Below, in pieces: positions 24,138-33,857 of a DNA stretch of 64,000 bases; position 1 is the first letter of the stretch; every line of letters begins with the position of its first letter. The stretch spans positions 224,001-288,000 of the forward strand of contig CAWCKH010000003.1 in NCBI GenBank assembly GCA_963796055.1. The letters are read 5' to 3'. Position numbers and translations under genes: made by a program. The notes under the pieces were generated by a model, which was not told where the DNA came from, did not search any database, and was given only the letters and a program-made list of their open reading frames with translations. Source of the stretch: an uncultured delta proteobacterium (lineage in GTDB: Bacteria > Myxococcota > Myxococcia > Myxococcales > Myxococcaceae).

Positions 24138-24264
24138 TTTCCCGAGTTGCGTTCGGGAAACACTTATGGTGTTGGTGGACACGGCCTCCTGCAGGCGACG
24201 CAAGGCATCATTAATGTGAGTCGCCGCAGTGGCCGGTCGGTGCCCGAGGAGGTCCCCCTCCTCG
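24138..24264 (+). promoter_or_regulatory. Structured leader with two 8-bp hairpins and a 17-codon uORF upstream of the ABC-F gene
   Basis: TTTCCCGA/TCGGGAAA (24138-24160). uORF 24166-24219 reads MVLVDTASCRRRKASLM*. CGAGGAGG/CCTCCTCG (24245-24264). Confidence 0.35.
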
Positions 24265-24310
24265 TTCCCGGCCCCGCTGCGCCCCCGTCTCGCCCGAGCA
24301 CCCTGAACCG

Positions 24311-25939
24311 ATGCCCACGCTGCAAGTCACCCAGGTCACCAAGGCCTACGGCCAGAAGCGCCTCTTCGAGGACGTCGACGTCTCGTTCAACGAGCACAAC
24401 CGCTACGGCCTCACCGGCCCCAACGGCGCCGGCAAGTCGACCTTCATGAAGATCCTCGCGGGTGAGCTGGAGCCGGACACGGGCATGGTGAGCCGACCCA
24501 AGAAGACCTCGGTCCTCAAGCAGGACCAGTTCGCCTACGAGGACGTCCGGGTCCTGGACGTGGTGCTCCAGGGGAACCAGGGGCTCTGGGCCGCGCTCCA
24601 CGAGAAGGAGACGCTCCTCCACAAGCCCGATCTCACCGACGACGACGGGCATCGCCTCGCCGACCTCGAGGGCATCATCGCCGAGGAGGACGGCTACACC
24701 GCCGAGGCCGACGCCGCCTCGCTGCTCTCCGGTCTGGGCGTTCCCGAGGCGGACCACACCCGGCTGATGCGCGAGATCCCCGGCGGGTACAAGCTCCGTG
24801 TCCTGCTCGCCCAGGCGCTGTTCGGCAAGCCGCAGGCCCTGCTCCTCGACGAGCCCACCAACAACCTCGACCTCGACTCCATCCGCTGGCTGGAGGGATT
24901 CCTCCGCGAGTACGAGGGCATCCTGGTCGCCATCAGCCACGACCGGCACTTCCTCAACGCGATCTGCACCCACATCGCGGACATCGACTACCAGACCATC
25001 ATCACCTACCCCGGCGGGTACGACGACATGGTGATGGCCAAGGCGAATGTCCGCTCGCGCATCGAGTCGGAGAACGCCGAGAAGCAGAAGAAGATCGCCC
25101 AGCTCCAGGACTTTGTCGCCCGCTTCTCCGCCGGCACCCGCGCCAGCCAGGTGCAGAGCCGGAAGAAGGCGATGGAGAAGCTCCAGCTCGCCGATCTGAA
25201 GCGCAGCAACATCGAGCGCCCATTCATCAAGTTCGAGCAGAAACGCCCGAGCGGGAAGCAGACCCTCACCGTCGAGCACCTCACCAAGCACTGGCCGGGG
25301 GTGAGGGTCGCGGACGACTTCAGCGCCCTGGTCACCCGCGGCGAGAAGATCGCCATCATCGGCCGGAACGGGGTGGGCAAGACCACGCTCTGCAAGATGT
25401 TGATGGGCCAGCTCGAGCCGGATGAGGGCACGCTCACCTGGGGCCACGAGGCCAAGGTGGGCTACCTCGCGCAGGACCATCGCGAGGGCATCCCCAACGA
25501 CACCACCGCCGCCGAGTGGCTCCACACCTTCGACCACAAGGCCGGGAACGAGGAGATCCGTGGCCTCCTCGGCCGGATGCTCTTCAAGGGCGAGGAGGGA
25601 CTCAAGCCCACCCGCGCGCTCTCGGGTGGTGAGGGGGTCCGGCTGATCTTCGCCAAGCTCATGCTCACCAAGGACAACGTCCTGGTGCTCGACGAGCCCA
25701 CCAATCACCTGGACCTCGAGTCGATCGTCGCGCTCGGCGATGCCCTCTCGAAGTACGAGGGCACCGCCTTCGTGGTGACCCACGACCGCGACCTGATCGA
25801 GCAGTTCGCCACCCGCCTCTGGGCGTTCACCTCGCAAGGCCTGGTCGACTTCCGCGGGACCTACGACGAGTACCTGGCCAAGTCCGGTGGCGCCGCCGCG
25901 GCAACCCGTGCCGGCCAGGGCAACGGCAAGAAGCGCTGA
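24311..25939 (+). CDS. ABC-F family ATPase, YbiT-like
   Basis: YGLTGPNGAGKSTFMKIL, KLRVLLAQALFG.P, SHDRHFLN..CTH, IAQLQDFVARFSA, and a second ABC domain. Confidence 0.93.
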   Translation: MPTLQVTQVTKAYGQKRLFEDVDVSFNEHNRYGLTGPNGAGKSTFMKILAGELEPDTGMVSRPKKTSVLKQDQFAYEDVRVLDVVLQGNQGLWAALHEKETLLHKPDLTDDDGHRLADLEGIIAEEDGYTAEADAASLLSGLGVPEADHTRLMREIPGGYKLRVLLAQALFGKPQALLLDEPTNNLDLDSIRWLEGFLREYEGILVAISHDRHFLNAICTHIADIDYQTIITYPGGYDDMVMAKANVRSRIESENAEKQKKIAQLQDFVARFSAGTRASQVQSRKKAMEKLQLADLKRSNIERPFIKFEQKRPSGKQTLTVEHLTKHWPGVRVADDFSALVTRGEKIAIIGRNGVGKTTLCKMLMGQLEPDEGTLTWGHEAKVGYLAQDHREGIPNDTTAAEWLHTFDHKAGNEEIRGLLGRMLFKGEEGLKPTRALSGGEGVRLIFAKLMLTKDNVLVLDEPTNHLDLESIVALGDALSKYEGTAFVVTHDRDLIEQFATRLWAFTSQGLVDFRGTYDEYLAKSGGAAAATRAGQGNGKKR

Positions 25940-25946
25940 GCTCCCC

Positions 25947-26765
25947 GTGGACCTCCTCGCCACCGCTCGACGGCTCGAGGCGATCCAGGCCGAGGTCGTC
26001 CGCGGCCTTGCCGCCGAGTCCGAGCCGGTCGCGGGTGGCTGGATGGCTGCCAACGGCCCCGGCTCATACCTGAACAAGGCCGCGGGACTGGGCTTCGAGG
26101 CCGAGCCGACCGACGAGGACGTCGGCCGGGTGGAACGCTTCTTCGCCTCGCGGGGCATCGAGCCTCGGGTGGAGCTGACCCAGTTCGCTCCCCTGCCCTT
26201 CCTCCGCCGCCTCGCCGAGCACGGGTTCGTGCTGCAGGAGTTCGAGAACACGCTGATCCTCCCGCTGCAAAGCCTCGGGGAGCCGCGGGCGCTGCTCCCA
26301 GTCGGCTGGCCCGAGGGCGTGCGGATCGAGCACGTCCACCCGTCGGACGACTCCCAGGTGGAGACCTTCGTCCGCACCAGTGCCAGCGGCTTCATCCCGG
26401 AAGGTGAGCCCACGCCCGAGGAGTTCCTCCGGACCGGCGTTCGCGCCGCGCGCGTCCCGGAGCACGACAGCTACATCGCCTACGTCGGCACCGAGGTCGC
26501 CGGAGCCGGCGGGTGCGGGACCCGCGGAGGCTCGACCTCGCTCTTCGGGACCTCCGTCCTCCCCCGGTTCCGCAGGCGCGGCATCCAGCAGGCGCTGATG
26601 GCGGTGCGGCTGGAGCGGGCGCTCGCGCTCGGCTCGGACCTGGCCGACATCACCTCGCACCCGGGCATCCCGACCGAGCGAAACGCCGCCCGGCTCGGTT
26701 TCCGCCTCGCCTACGTCCGCGCCGTCCTGGTGAAGCGCGGGCCCGGGCTCGTCCCCTCGCCTTGA
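25947..26765 (+). CDS. GNAT family N-acetyltransferase
   Basis: LFGTSVLPRFRRRGIQQALM..RL motif and ERNAARLGF. GTG start 7 bp after the ABC-F stop. Confidence 0.85.
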   Translation: MDLLATARRLEAIQAEVVRGLAAESEPVAGGWMAANGPGSYLNKAAGLGFEAEPTDEDVGRVERFFASRGIEPRVELTQFAPLPFLRRLAEHGFVLQEFENTLILPLQSLGEPRALLPVGWPEGVRIEHVHPSDDSQVETFVRTSASGFIPEGEPTPEEFLRTGVRAARVPEHDSYIAYVGTEVAGAGGCGTRGGSTSLFGTSVLPRFRRRGIQQALMAVRLERALALGSDLADITSHPGIPTERNAARLGFRLAYVRAVLVKRGPGLVPSP

Positions 26766-26769
26766 CGCG

Positions 26770-27939
26770 CTATGCGCCCGGGGCCCGGAGCTGCCCCTTC
26801 TCCACGATGGTCGTGCCATCGACGGTCACCGTCGCCTGCGGGACGAACCCCAGCGTGCTCCAGGCGCTCACGTCGCCTCCTCCGGCCCAGGTCGTGTCGC
26901 CGGTGAAGAAGCTCACCACCCCCCAGACCGGGGTCGCGTTCAGCTTGCTCCCTGGCGGAGCACGGAGCGCGGGGTTCACCCCGATGTTCACCACCCCGAC
27001 TGCGTCCTTGGCCCCCTTGGCCGTCTGGTAGGCGATCCGGAGCTTCTCCGAGCCCGGCCCGGTCGCGACCATCTCCACCACCTTGCCCGCCTTGATGGTG
27101 AAGGTCAGTCGATCGACGGGCTGGTTCTGGTACCACATCCGGTCCAGGACGACCTTGCCCTCGGCACTGCCGGGAACCGCGGTCAGGTAGACGTCGCCGG
27201 CAGGGAGCCAGGCGGTGATGGTCTGGCCCTTCTTCGCCATCTCCGGGGTCACCTGTCCGTCGCTAAAGAGCACCTTCTGGCCCTCGATCGACATGGTGAC
27301 GTTCGTGCCGTTGCTGGCGGTGACGGTCAGCTTCTTCCCCGAGCCGAGCGCCTTCACCACCGGATCCGCGGCGGCCTTGAGCTTCGTCGGGTCCACCTGG
27401 ATCCCGGCCCAGTAGAGGGTGGTCAGCTGAGCGAGGGGCATTCCGAAGCGCTTCGCCCGCCACTCGGACGGCTCCAGGCCGTTGCCGAGGTTGAGGGCCC
27501 GCAAGCCGGCCTTGCTGTAGGCCTCGCTCACGGGCAGAAAGGCGTTGTTCCGTGCCGTGAGGCGTTCCGGCGCGGTCCCGCTGCACGCCTCCGGGGAGAT
27601 GGCACCGGAGACCGAGATGTCGACCGTCATCACCGAGAGGAGCTTCAGAGCCCCCGCGGCAACGTCAGCGTCGCGCTCCGGCGGGACCTCGGCGCAGATC
27701 CTCCGGACCGATTCATCGCTGGCCAGGTCATAGAAGGACGCTCCCCCGGCCTTCTCCACCTCCACGGCGATGGCGCTCAGCAGCGCCATGTCCTTCGGAT
27801 TTCCACCGACCCGGACCACGTCTCCGGCTTTGACCCCGGCGCTCTGGACCAGGCGCTTGGCGACGTCTGCCGCCTTCGGCGGTGCAGCTGTGGCGGATGC
27901 GGCGAACAGCAACAGCGCTGCGAACGCGGTGCGGTGCAT
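26770..27939 (-). CDS. Secreted aminopeptidase T (M29)-like protein lacking metal ligands
   Basis: Signal peptide, VKAGDVV, NGT.VT, LPAGDVY.....SAEG, NIGVNP and ATVTVDG motifs match the fold. The expected E/H/D ligands are substituted. Confidence 0.75.
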   Translation of the reverse strand: MHRTAFAALLLFAASATAAPPKAADVAKRLVQSAGVKAGDVVRVGGNPKDMALLSAIAVEVEKAGGASFYDLASDESVRRICAEVPPERDADVAAGALKLLSVMTVDISVSGAISPEACSGTAPERLTARNNAFLPVSEAYSKAGLRALNLGNGLEPSEWRAKRFGMPLAQLTTLYWAGIQVDPTKLKAAADPVVKALGSGKKLTVTASNGTNVTMSIEGQKVLFSDGQVTPEMAKKGQTITAWLPAGDVYLTAVPGSAEGKVVLDRMWYQNQPVDRLTFTIKAGKVVEMVATGPGSEKLRIAYQTAKGAKDAVGVVNIGVNPALRAPPGSKLNATPVWGVVSFFTGDTTWAGGGDVSAWSTLGFVPQATVTVDGTTIVEKGQLRAPGA

Positions 27940-28249
27940 GTGGGCCTCCCCTCGAGCCTGGGGGGACCAAGGCGCCGCTGTTGCGAGAAAGTCAACTGAA
28001 GGACGCCGCGCCGCAGCCCGCCGGGAGGGAGCGCCACGCGCGTGGCCATGGCCGCACCGCCAGTGGCGTGAAGGGACTCGGAGAGCGCGCGGGGCTGCGC
28101 GAGTGTGACGGCGGGCTTCGGCTGCCAGTGGGCCGGCTCGGCTCCCGGGCGTTCAAGCGACCGACCCCGACCGAACGACGGGACGATTGCCGCTTTGTCA
28201 GCACTTTGGAGGATCCGCGGCCACCTGCCGTCGCAGCGAAGGGGGCAAC

Positions 28250-30134
28250 TTGAAGGTCTGCTGCTTGCTGGTCCTGCTTGGGAGCACCTCGGCGCTCGCC
28301 GCATCCACGACGCTCGCGGGCGTCCTCGACGGAACGCTCAAGCCGCGCCCGACGAGCTCTGGCTCGCTCGGGTCGAGCGTGATCGTCTGGAGCGCGAAGA
28401 ACGAGTTCGAGATGTTCCACGTCGTCCTCCTCGGCGGGAACAGGGGCGTTTCAGTCGCCTTGCCCACGCTCACCCGGGTGGGGGGAAGCGAGCAGAATCC
28501 GCGCGGACGAGGTTCGGATCTACGAGGAGCAGGCAATCTCCTTCTCCAGCCGCTCGGGGATCGAGGGGAGGGCCGGTACCTGGCCGGATGCGCTCGTCCC
28601 GTACGGTGCGCAGGTCGAGGTGGGCCTCAGGAAGGTGAACGGCGTCTGGCAAGAGGTGCAGACCACCGAGACCCGCCGAAGCTTCCCGGTGAACGTCAGC
28701 CGCAACACCACCCGGACATTCCTGGTGGAGATCCACGTTCCCGCGGGAACGCCGACCGGGCTCTACCACGGTACGCTGGTCGTCACTGCTCAGGGATCTC
28801 ACGGAACGCCCACCCAGAGCATCCCGGTGGACGTGCACGTCCGCAGCTTCACCCTGCCCTCCACGTCGACGCTCCGGAGCAACGTCAGGCTGGGCGTCGA
28901 CGAGATCTGCCGGGCGCACGGCGACACGGTGGGCGTCTGGTGCCCGGACCAGGTCGCCTTCCGGCGCTGGGCCCGGCTCTACGGGCGCTACCTCCTGGAC
29001 CACCGGATCAGCTCCTACCTTCCCGACGCGCTGAGTCTCCTCTCCGACGGCTCGCCTGACTACGCCACCAGCGAGGCCCGCTTCGCCGCCGACTATGGCC
29101 CGCTGATCGACGGCACCGACCCGTACAGCAGGCTCCGGGGCGCGCGCATCACCGCCATCGCCTACCCGTACCTCCGGGGCGACGATCCGGATGCGGTGAT
29201 GCAGGCCAAGCTTCAGTCGTGGGCCGGCTTCGCCCGGGGGAGAGGTGACTGGTTCGACCGGACCTTCTTCTACACGCAGGACGAGCCCGACTGGAACACC
29301 AACGGCTGGCAGAACGCGATCCACTGGGCGAACCTGGCCCACGCTGCGGACCCGGGCTTCAAGGTCCTCCTCACCGCGCCGATCGACAGCTACGCGACGC
29401 ACGCTGGCGCGGCTTCGGGAGTGGCCAACATCATCGCTCCGGTGCTCGACGCCCTCGACGGCCGCACGGGCCCTCGCCACGGCAACCAGCGGCCGAACTA
29501 CAGCGCATTCCTCGCGCTGGACCCGCGGAACGAGCTCTGGGCTTACCAGAGCTGCGACTCCCATTCCTGCACCTCGACCGACAATCCCGGCATCTATGGC
29601 TGGCCCTCGCTGGTCGTGGACGCCACCGTGGTCCAGGCCCGGGCCGAGCCGTGGATGCACTACATCTATGGAGTCACCGGCCTGCACTACTTCGACTCGG
29701 TGCTGCACCTGGCCGAGGCCTGGAGCACGAACGGCATCACCGACTTCACCGGCAACGGGGACGGGACGCTTCTCTACCCGGGGACGCCCACGGCGATCAG
29801 CGGTGGCTCGACCCAGGGCATCGGGGGCAGCACCCACGTTCCGCTGGCGAGTACGCGGCTCAAGGCGCTCCGGGACGGACTCGAGGACTACGAGTACCTC
29901 CGGATGTGCGAGGCAGCGACGACCGGCACCACGGCGATGAACATCGCCCGCGCGCTGTTCCCCATGCGGTCAGAGGCCGGCGCAGGTCCGGTGAACGAGA
30001 CCGGCAGCATGTACTCGGCGACCAACTGGAACCCGACAACCAGAAGCGACGATCCATCGAGACTCGCCGCCGCGCTCGCTGCCGCGCGCGAGGAGCTCGC
30101 GCGCTGCATCAATCCGGCCGACGCGGCGCAGTGA
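28250..30134 (+). CDS. Secreted DUF4091 / GH123-like protein, split by one frameshift near 28480-28500
   Basis: First frame: signal peptide plus AKNEFEMF. Second frame continues RIRADEVRIYEE..WPDALVP, P.GLY.G, FTLP, DEP, GNGDGTLLYPG and S.RLK.LRDG.EDYEYL. Removing 1 nt gives a 627-aa ORF. Confidence 0.8.
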
Positions 30135-30148
30135 CGTCGCGGACCGTC

Positions 30149-30430
30149 TCAGCCGACGGACGCGCCGGCGCGTCGACGAGCGCCCCGCGCGCGTGCCTTC
30201 TCCCGCTCACCCTCGCGGGTCCGCAGGGCGGTCCGTGCCGAAAGCGACGCCAGTAGATTCTCGGTGCTGTGGGCGACCTGGTGAACTGCGCGGTCGAAGG
30301 CCGCTCGGTCCGCCCCCGACGGCGCGCGGAGCCCGCTCACCTTCCGGACGTACTGGAGCGCCGCGGCCTCGATCTCCTCGGGAGTCGTCGGTGGCTCGAA
30401 GTTGTAGAGGACCCGGATGTTGCGGCACAT
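30149..30430 (-). CDS. DUF2277 family protein
   Basis: MCRNIRVLYNFEPP....EI.AAALQYVRKVSG signature. Confidence 0.9.
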   Translation of the reverse strand: MCRNIRVLYNFEPPTTPEEIEAAALQYVRKVSGLRAPSGADRAAFDRAVHQVAHSTENLLASLSARTALRTREGEREKARARGARRRAGASVG

Positions 30431-30482
30431 GGGGGCTCCAGAGACCACGTCGGTGCGGTCGAAGGCAAGCCCGGTCGGCGGC

Positions 30483-31325
30483 TCAGAGCATGGGCAGCGG
30501 ACGACCTCGAGCGAGCGGGAACGCTTCCTCGATCCGGGCGATCTCCTCCTGGGTGAGCCGCAGGTCGGCTGCCGCGGCGTTCTCCCGGACCCGGGAGACC
30601 CTCACCGTCTTGGGGATGGTGAAGACATGCGGGTCGCGGATCAGAAAGGCGAGGGAGATCTGATGTGGCGTCGCCCGGTGCGCCCGGGCGATCTCGGCCA
30701 GCAGCTTCCCTCCGCGGGAGTGCGCAGAGGGGAAGTCTCCGGAGCCGAACGGGCTGTAGCCCACCACCGCCGCCTCGTGCTCGACGCACCAGGGGAGCAC
30801 CCGGCCCTCGATGTCGCGGGCGCGTAGGTTGTAGAGCACCTGGTTGCAGGCAATGCGGCGGGGACCGGCGACCTCCAGCGCCTCGTCCAGGTCGTCCTGG
30901 TCGAAGTTGCTCACCCCCCAGTGGCGGATCTTCCCCTCCCGGACCAGCTGCTCGAACGCGTCGAAGGTGTCCTCGAGTGGATGGCGTCCGCGCCAGTGGA
31001 GCAGGTAGCAATCGAGGTGGTCGGTTCCCAGCCGCGTCAGGCTCGCCTCGCAGGCCCGCACCGTCCCGCTCCGGCTGGCGTGGTCGGGCACCACCTTGGA
31101 GACCAGGAACAGCTCGTCGCGCCGCCCGGCGATGGCCTGGCCCACCAGCGATTCGACGACGCCCCCACCGTACAGCTCGGCGGTATCCACGTGGGTCATC
31201 CCAAGGTCCAGCCCGGCCTGCAGCGCCGCGATCGCCTCCGAGGGATCGTCGCTCTCCAGCTTCCAGGTCCCCTGTCCGATGACCGGGACCGGGATTCCGG
31301 TCCACCCGAACCTGCGCGTCTGCAT
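30483..31325 (-). CDS. Aldo/keto reductase
   Basis: IGQGTW, DTAELYG, LVSKV, YLLHW, GVSNF, NQVLYNL, YSPFG and IPK motifs. Confidence 0.94.
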   Translation of the reverse strand: MQTRRFGWTGIPVPVIGQGTWKLESDDPSEAIAALQAGLDLGMTHVDTAELYGGGVVESLVGQAIAGRRDELFLVSKVVPDHASRSGTVRACEASLTRLGTDHLDCYLLHWRGRHPLEDTFDAFEQLVREGKIRHWGVSNFDQDDLDEALEVAGPRRIACNQVLYNLRARDIEGRVLPWCVEHEAAVVGYSPFGSGDFPSAHSRGGKLLAEIARAHRATPHQISLAFLIRDPHVFTIPKTVRVSRVRENAAAADLRLTQEEIARIEEAFPLARGRPLPML

Positions 31326-31488
31326 GGCGTCAGGGCCTCCTGCTGCCGACACTGGTCCGGCCGATGACCCGGGGGCAAGCCACGGCTCAGCTGCGAAGCG
31401 CATCGAATGACAGCTTGGTGAGGTGCGCACCGAGCCACCCACCGAGCAAGCGCCAGCAGGGCATCCGTTCCGCTAACGTCCAGAGGCA

Positions 31489-32622
31489 ATGGCCACTCCT
31501 GTGTCCGACGAGGTGAAGAAGGCGCTCGGCGCCAAGGATCCGTACGCCCTCGCCGCGGCGGCGAACAAGGAACAGCTGGACGCGCTGCGCAGCGCCGAGG
31601 AGCTCATCGAGGCCGATCGCAAGCGGCTGTCGACGAACAAGTTGACGGTCGCCGCGCAGGTCCTGGTGGGCTGGGTGGCCATCCTGGGGTTCCTGGTCAA
31701 CGCCTACCAGAGCTGGACCAACAAGCAGCAGGCGGAACGACAGGCCCAGGTGGACCAGGATCGCTGGAGCAAGGAGTTCCAGCGGGCCCGGGAGGCCGAC
31801 AAGTACCGTGCATTCTTCGAGACCACCGTGCTGGCCACCGACACCGTCAACCCCGACAAGCGGCTGGTGGGCTACGCGCTCCTCCAGGAGTTCGTGAGCG
31901 ACGCCGAGTACACCAGCAAGGCGATGCTGATGCTCGAGGAGTCTCTGGCCCAGGAGCTCCGCCGAAACACCAACCAGGGCATCGACGAGGCGCACCGCAA
32001 CGCGGTGGTGGCCATCGTGACCGCGCTCTCCGAGACGCGGGACTGCGGGGCGCTCGCCCGGGCCGCCCGGAGCATCGACAAGGTGGCCCAGCGGCTGAAC
32101 CGCTACGGCGACATCGAGGAGGCCTCCGAGGTCTTCGACGTCTATGTGCGCCGGCTGGTGGGTCAGGCGGCAGAGGTGTGCACCTCCATGACCGACTTCC
32201 GCACCGTCCGGCGCCCGCTCCGGGACACGCTGGTCAAGGCGCCGAAGCTCGGCGGGCTCACCTACCCCACCACGCCCGAGGCGGCGAACACCCGGATGGC
32301 GGAGATCCTCCGCGACCGCTGCCTCACCGACGTGGCGGTGAGCGGGGCCAGCGACTGTCCGGACATCTTCGCCGGCTACGCCCGGCTCTGTGATCAGCCG
32401 GAGACCCTCCCCAAGGAGCTCTCCGTGGCCACCCCGGTCAAGGGCAAGCCCGACGCCGGCAGCGCCCGGGACGCCCGCGCCGACAGCGGCAAGGAGGCGG
32501 CCGCGGTCGCCGCCCGGCTCGCCGCCAACCGCCAGGCCGACGCCGGCGGATGCGCCGTCATGAAGGAGATCTCGGTCCGCTACCCCCCGCCTGGTGCCGG
32601 GCTCTCCGGGTCCGCCAAGTAA
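31489..32622 (+). CDS. Hypothetical single-pass membrane protein
   Basis: 377-aa ORF with typical high-GC3 codon usage, one TM segment (AAQVLVGWVAILGFLVNAY) and several Cys in the C-terminal part. Confidence 0.75.
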   Translation: MATPVSDEVKKALGAKDPYALAAAANKEQLDALRSAEELIEADRKRLSTNKLTVAAQVLVGWVAILGFLVNAYQSWTNKQQAERQAQVDQDRWSKEFQRAREADKYRAFFETTVLATDTVNPDKRLVGYALLQEFVSDAEYTSKAMLMLEESLAQELRRNTNQGIDEAHRNAVVAIVTALSETRDCGALARAARSIDKVAQRLNRYGDIEEASEVFDVYVRRLVGQAAEVCTSMTDFRTVRRPLRDTLVKAPKLGGLTYPTTPEAANTRMAEILRDRCLTDVAVSGASDCPDIFAGYARLCDQPETLPKELSVATPVKGKPDAGSARDARADSGKEAAAVAARLAANRQADAGGCAVMKEISVRYPPPGAGLSGSAK

Positions 32623-32798
32623 CGCCCGGGCAGCGAGCGTTCCCACACCATCGTGTCCCGCGGGCAGCCGGACGGCGTCGTGGTGTCATGCGCCAGCGTG
32701 GTCACGTGCCGGAAGCCGGCCCGGCGGGCGACGGCGACGCTGTGGACGTTGCAACGCTTGAGCCGGGAGGGCCGCTTCGCCGAGGCTCGGGTCCGTCG

Positions 32799-33857
32799 AT
32801 GCCCTCTCCGCCCCAGCTCGAGCTGTTCGGCCCCGCGCCCGGCGTGGCCGCCGAGCCCGAGCGGCCTCCCGAGCCGCCGGCCCCCGCTCCCTTCACCGAG
32901 GAGCTTCGCGCGCTCGGGGGGCGTCTGCCCGGCGACCTCCGGCTCGGAACGAGCTCCTGGTCCTTCCCCGGGTGGACGGGCCTGGTCTACGCCCGCGAGG
33001 CCGCCCCGGAGCTGCTCGCCCGGGAGGGCCTGCCGGCGTACGCGCGACATCCGCTGTTCCGCACCGTGGGAGTGGACCGGACCTTCTACGGACCCGTTCC
33101 GATCGAGACCTTCCGTGCCTGGGCCGCTGCCGTCCCGGACGACTTTCGCTTCCTGGTGAAGGGGCACGAGGCGCTCACCCTCCCCCGCTTCCCGCTCCAC
33201 GAGCGCTACGGGGCGCGACGCGGCGAGGACAACCCCACGTTCCTCGACCCGGCGTACGCGCGGGACGCCGTCGTGGCCCCACTGGTCGAGGGGCTGGGGG
33301 CCAAGGCCGGACCGCTCGTCTTCCAGTTTCCACCGCAGGACGTCCAGGCGTTCGGGGGTCCCTCGGCGTTCGCCGACCGGCTGCACGCGTTCCTGGCCGC
33401 GCTCCCGGCCGGTCCGCTCTACGCCGTCGAGCTCCGCAACCGCGAGCTGGTCACCGCCGAGGTGGGCGATGTCCTGGAGGACGTGGGCGCGGTCCCGGTC
33501 CTCACCGCCTGGGGAAACCTTCCTCCACTTCCCCAGCAAGCCTGGCGGCTGCGGGCGCGGGCAGCGAGCGCGCTGGTGGTGCGGTGGATGCTCCCGCCCG
33601 AGCTCGGCTACGAGGAGGCCCGCGAGCTCTACGCCCCCTTCGACCGGCCGGTGAACGAGAACCCAGCCGTCCGCGGCGACATCGCCGGGCTGGCGGTGGA
33701 GGCGCTCTCCGACGGCCGCCCGGTCTACGTCACCGTCAACAACAAGGCCGAGGGCAGCGCGCCGGTGAGCGTGGAGCGGCTCGCGGCGGCGGTGGTGGCT
33801 CGCCTGGCGTCCCCCCTCAGTCCTCCGGCCGGCCGGGGTTCCGGCGGCCGAAGATGA
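32799..33857 (+). CDS. DUF72 (YecE-like) protein
   Basis: LGTSSWSFPGW, TVGVDRTFY, FRFLVK, LVFQFPP, YAVELRN and VNNKAEGSAP motifs. N-terminal QLELF. Confidence 0.9.
   Translation: MPSPPQLELFGPAPGVAAEPERPPEPPAPAPFTEELRALGGRLPGDLRLGTSSWSFPGWTGLVYAREAAPELLAREGLPAYARHPLFRTVGVDRTFYGPVPIETFRAWAAAVPDDFRFLVKGHEALTLPRFPLHERYGARRGEDNPTFLDPAYARDAVVAPLVEGLGAKAGPLVFQFPPQDVQAFGGPSAFADRLHAFLAALPAGPLYAVELRNRELVTAEVGDVLEDVGAVPVLTAWGNLPPLPQQAWRLRARAASALVVRWMLPPELGYEEARELYAPFDRPVNENPAVRGDIAGLAVEALSDGRPVYVTVNNKAEGSAPVSVERLAAAVVARLASPLSPPAGRGSGGRR

Noticed and set aside
32747..32756. CGTTGCAACG palindrome upstream of DUF72 as an SOS box
   Set aside because: It is only 10 bp and does not match a LexA consensus I can support, so evidence is insufficient.
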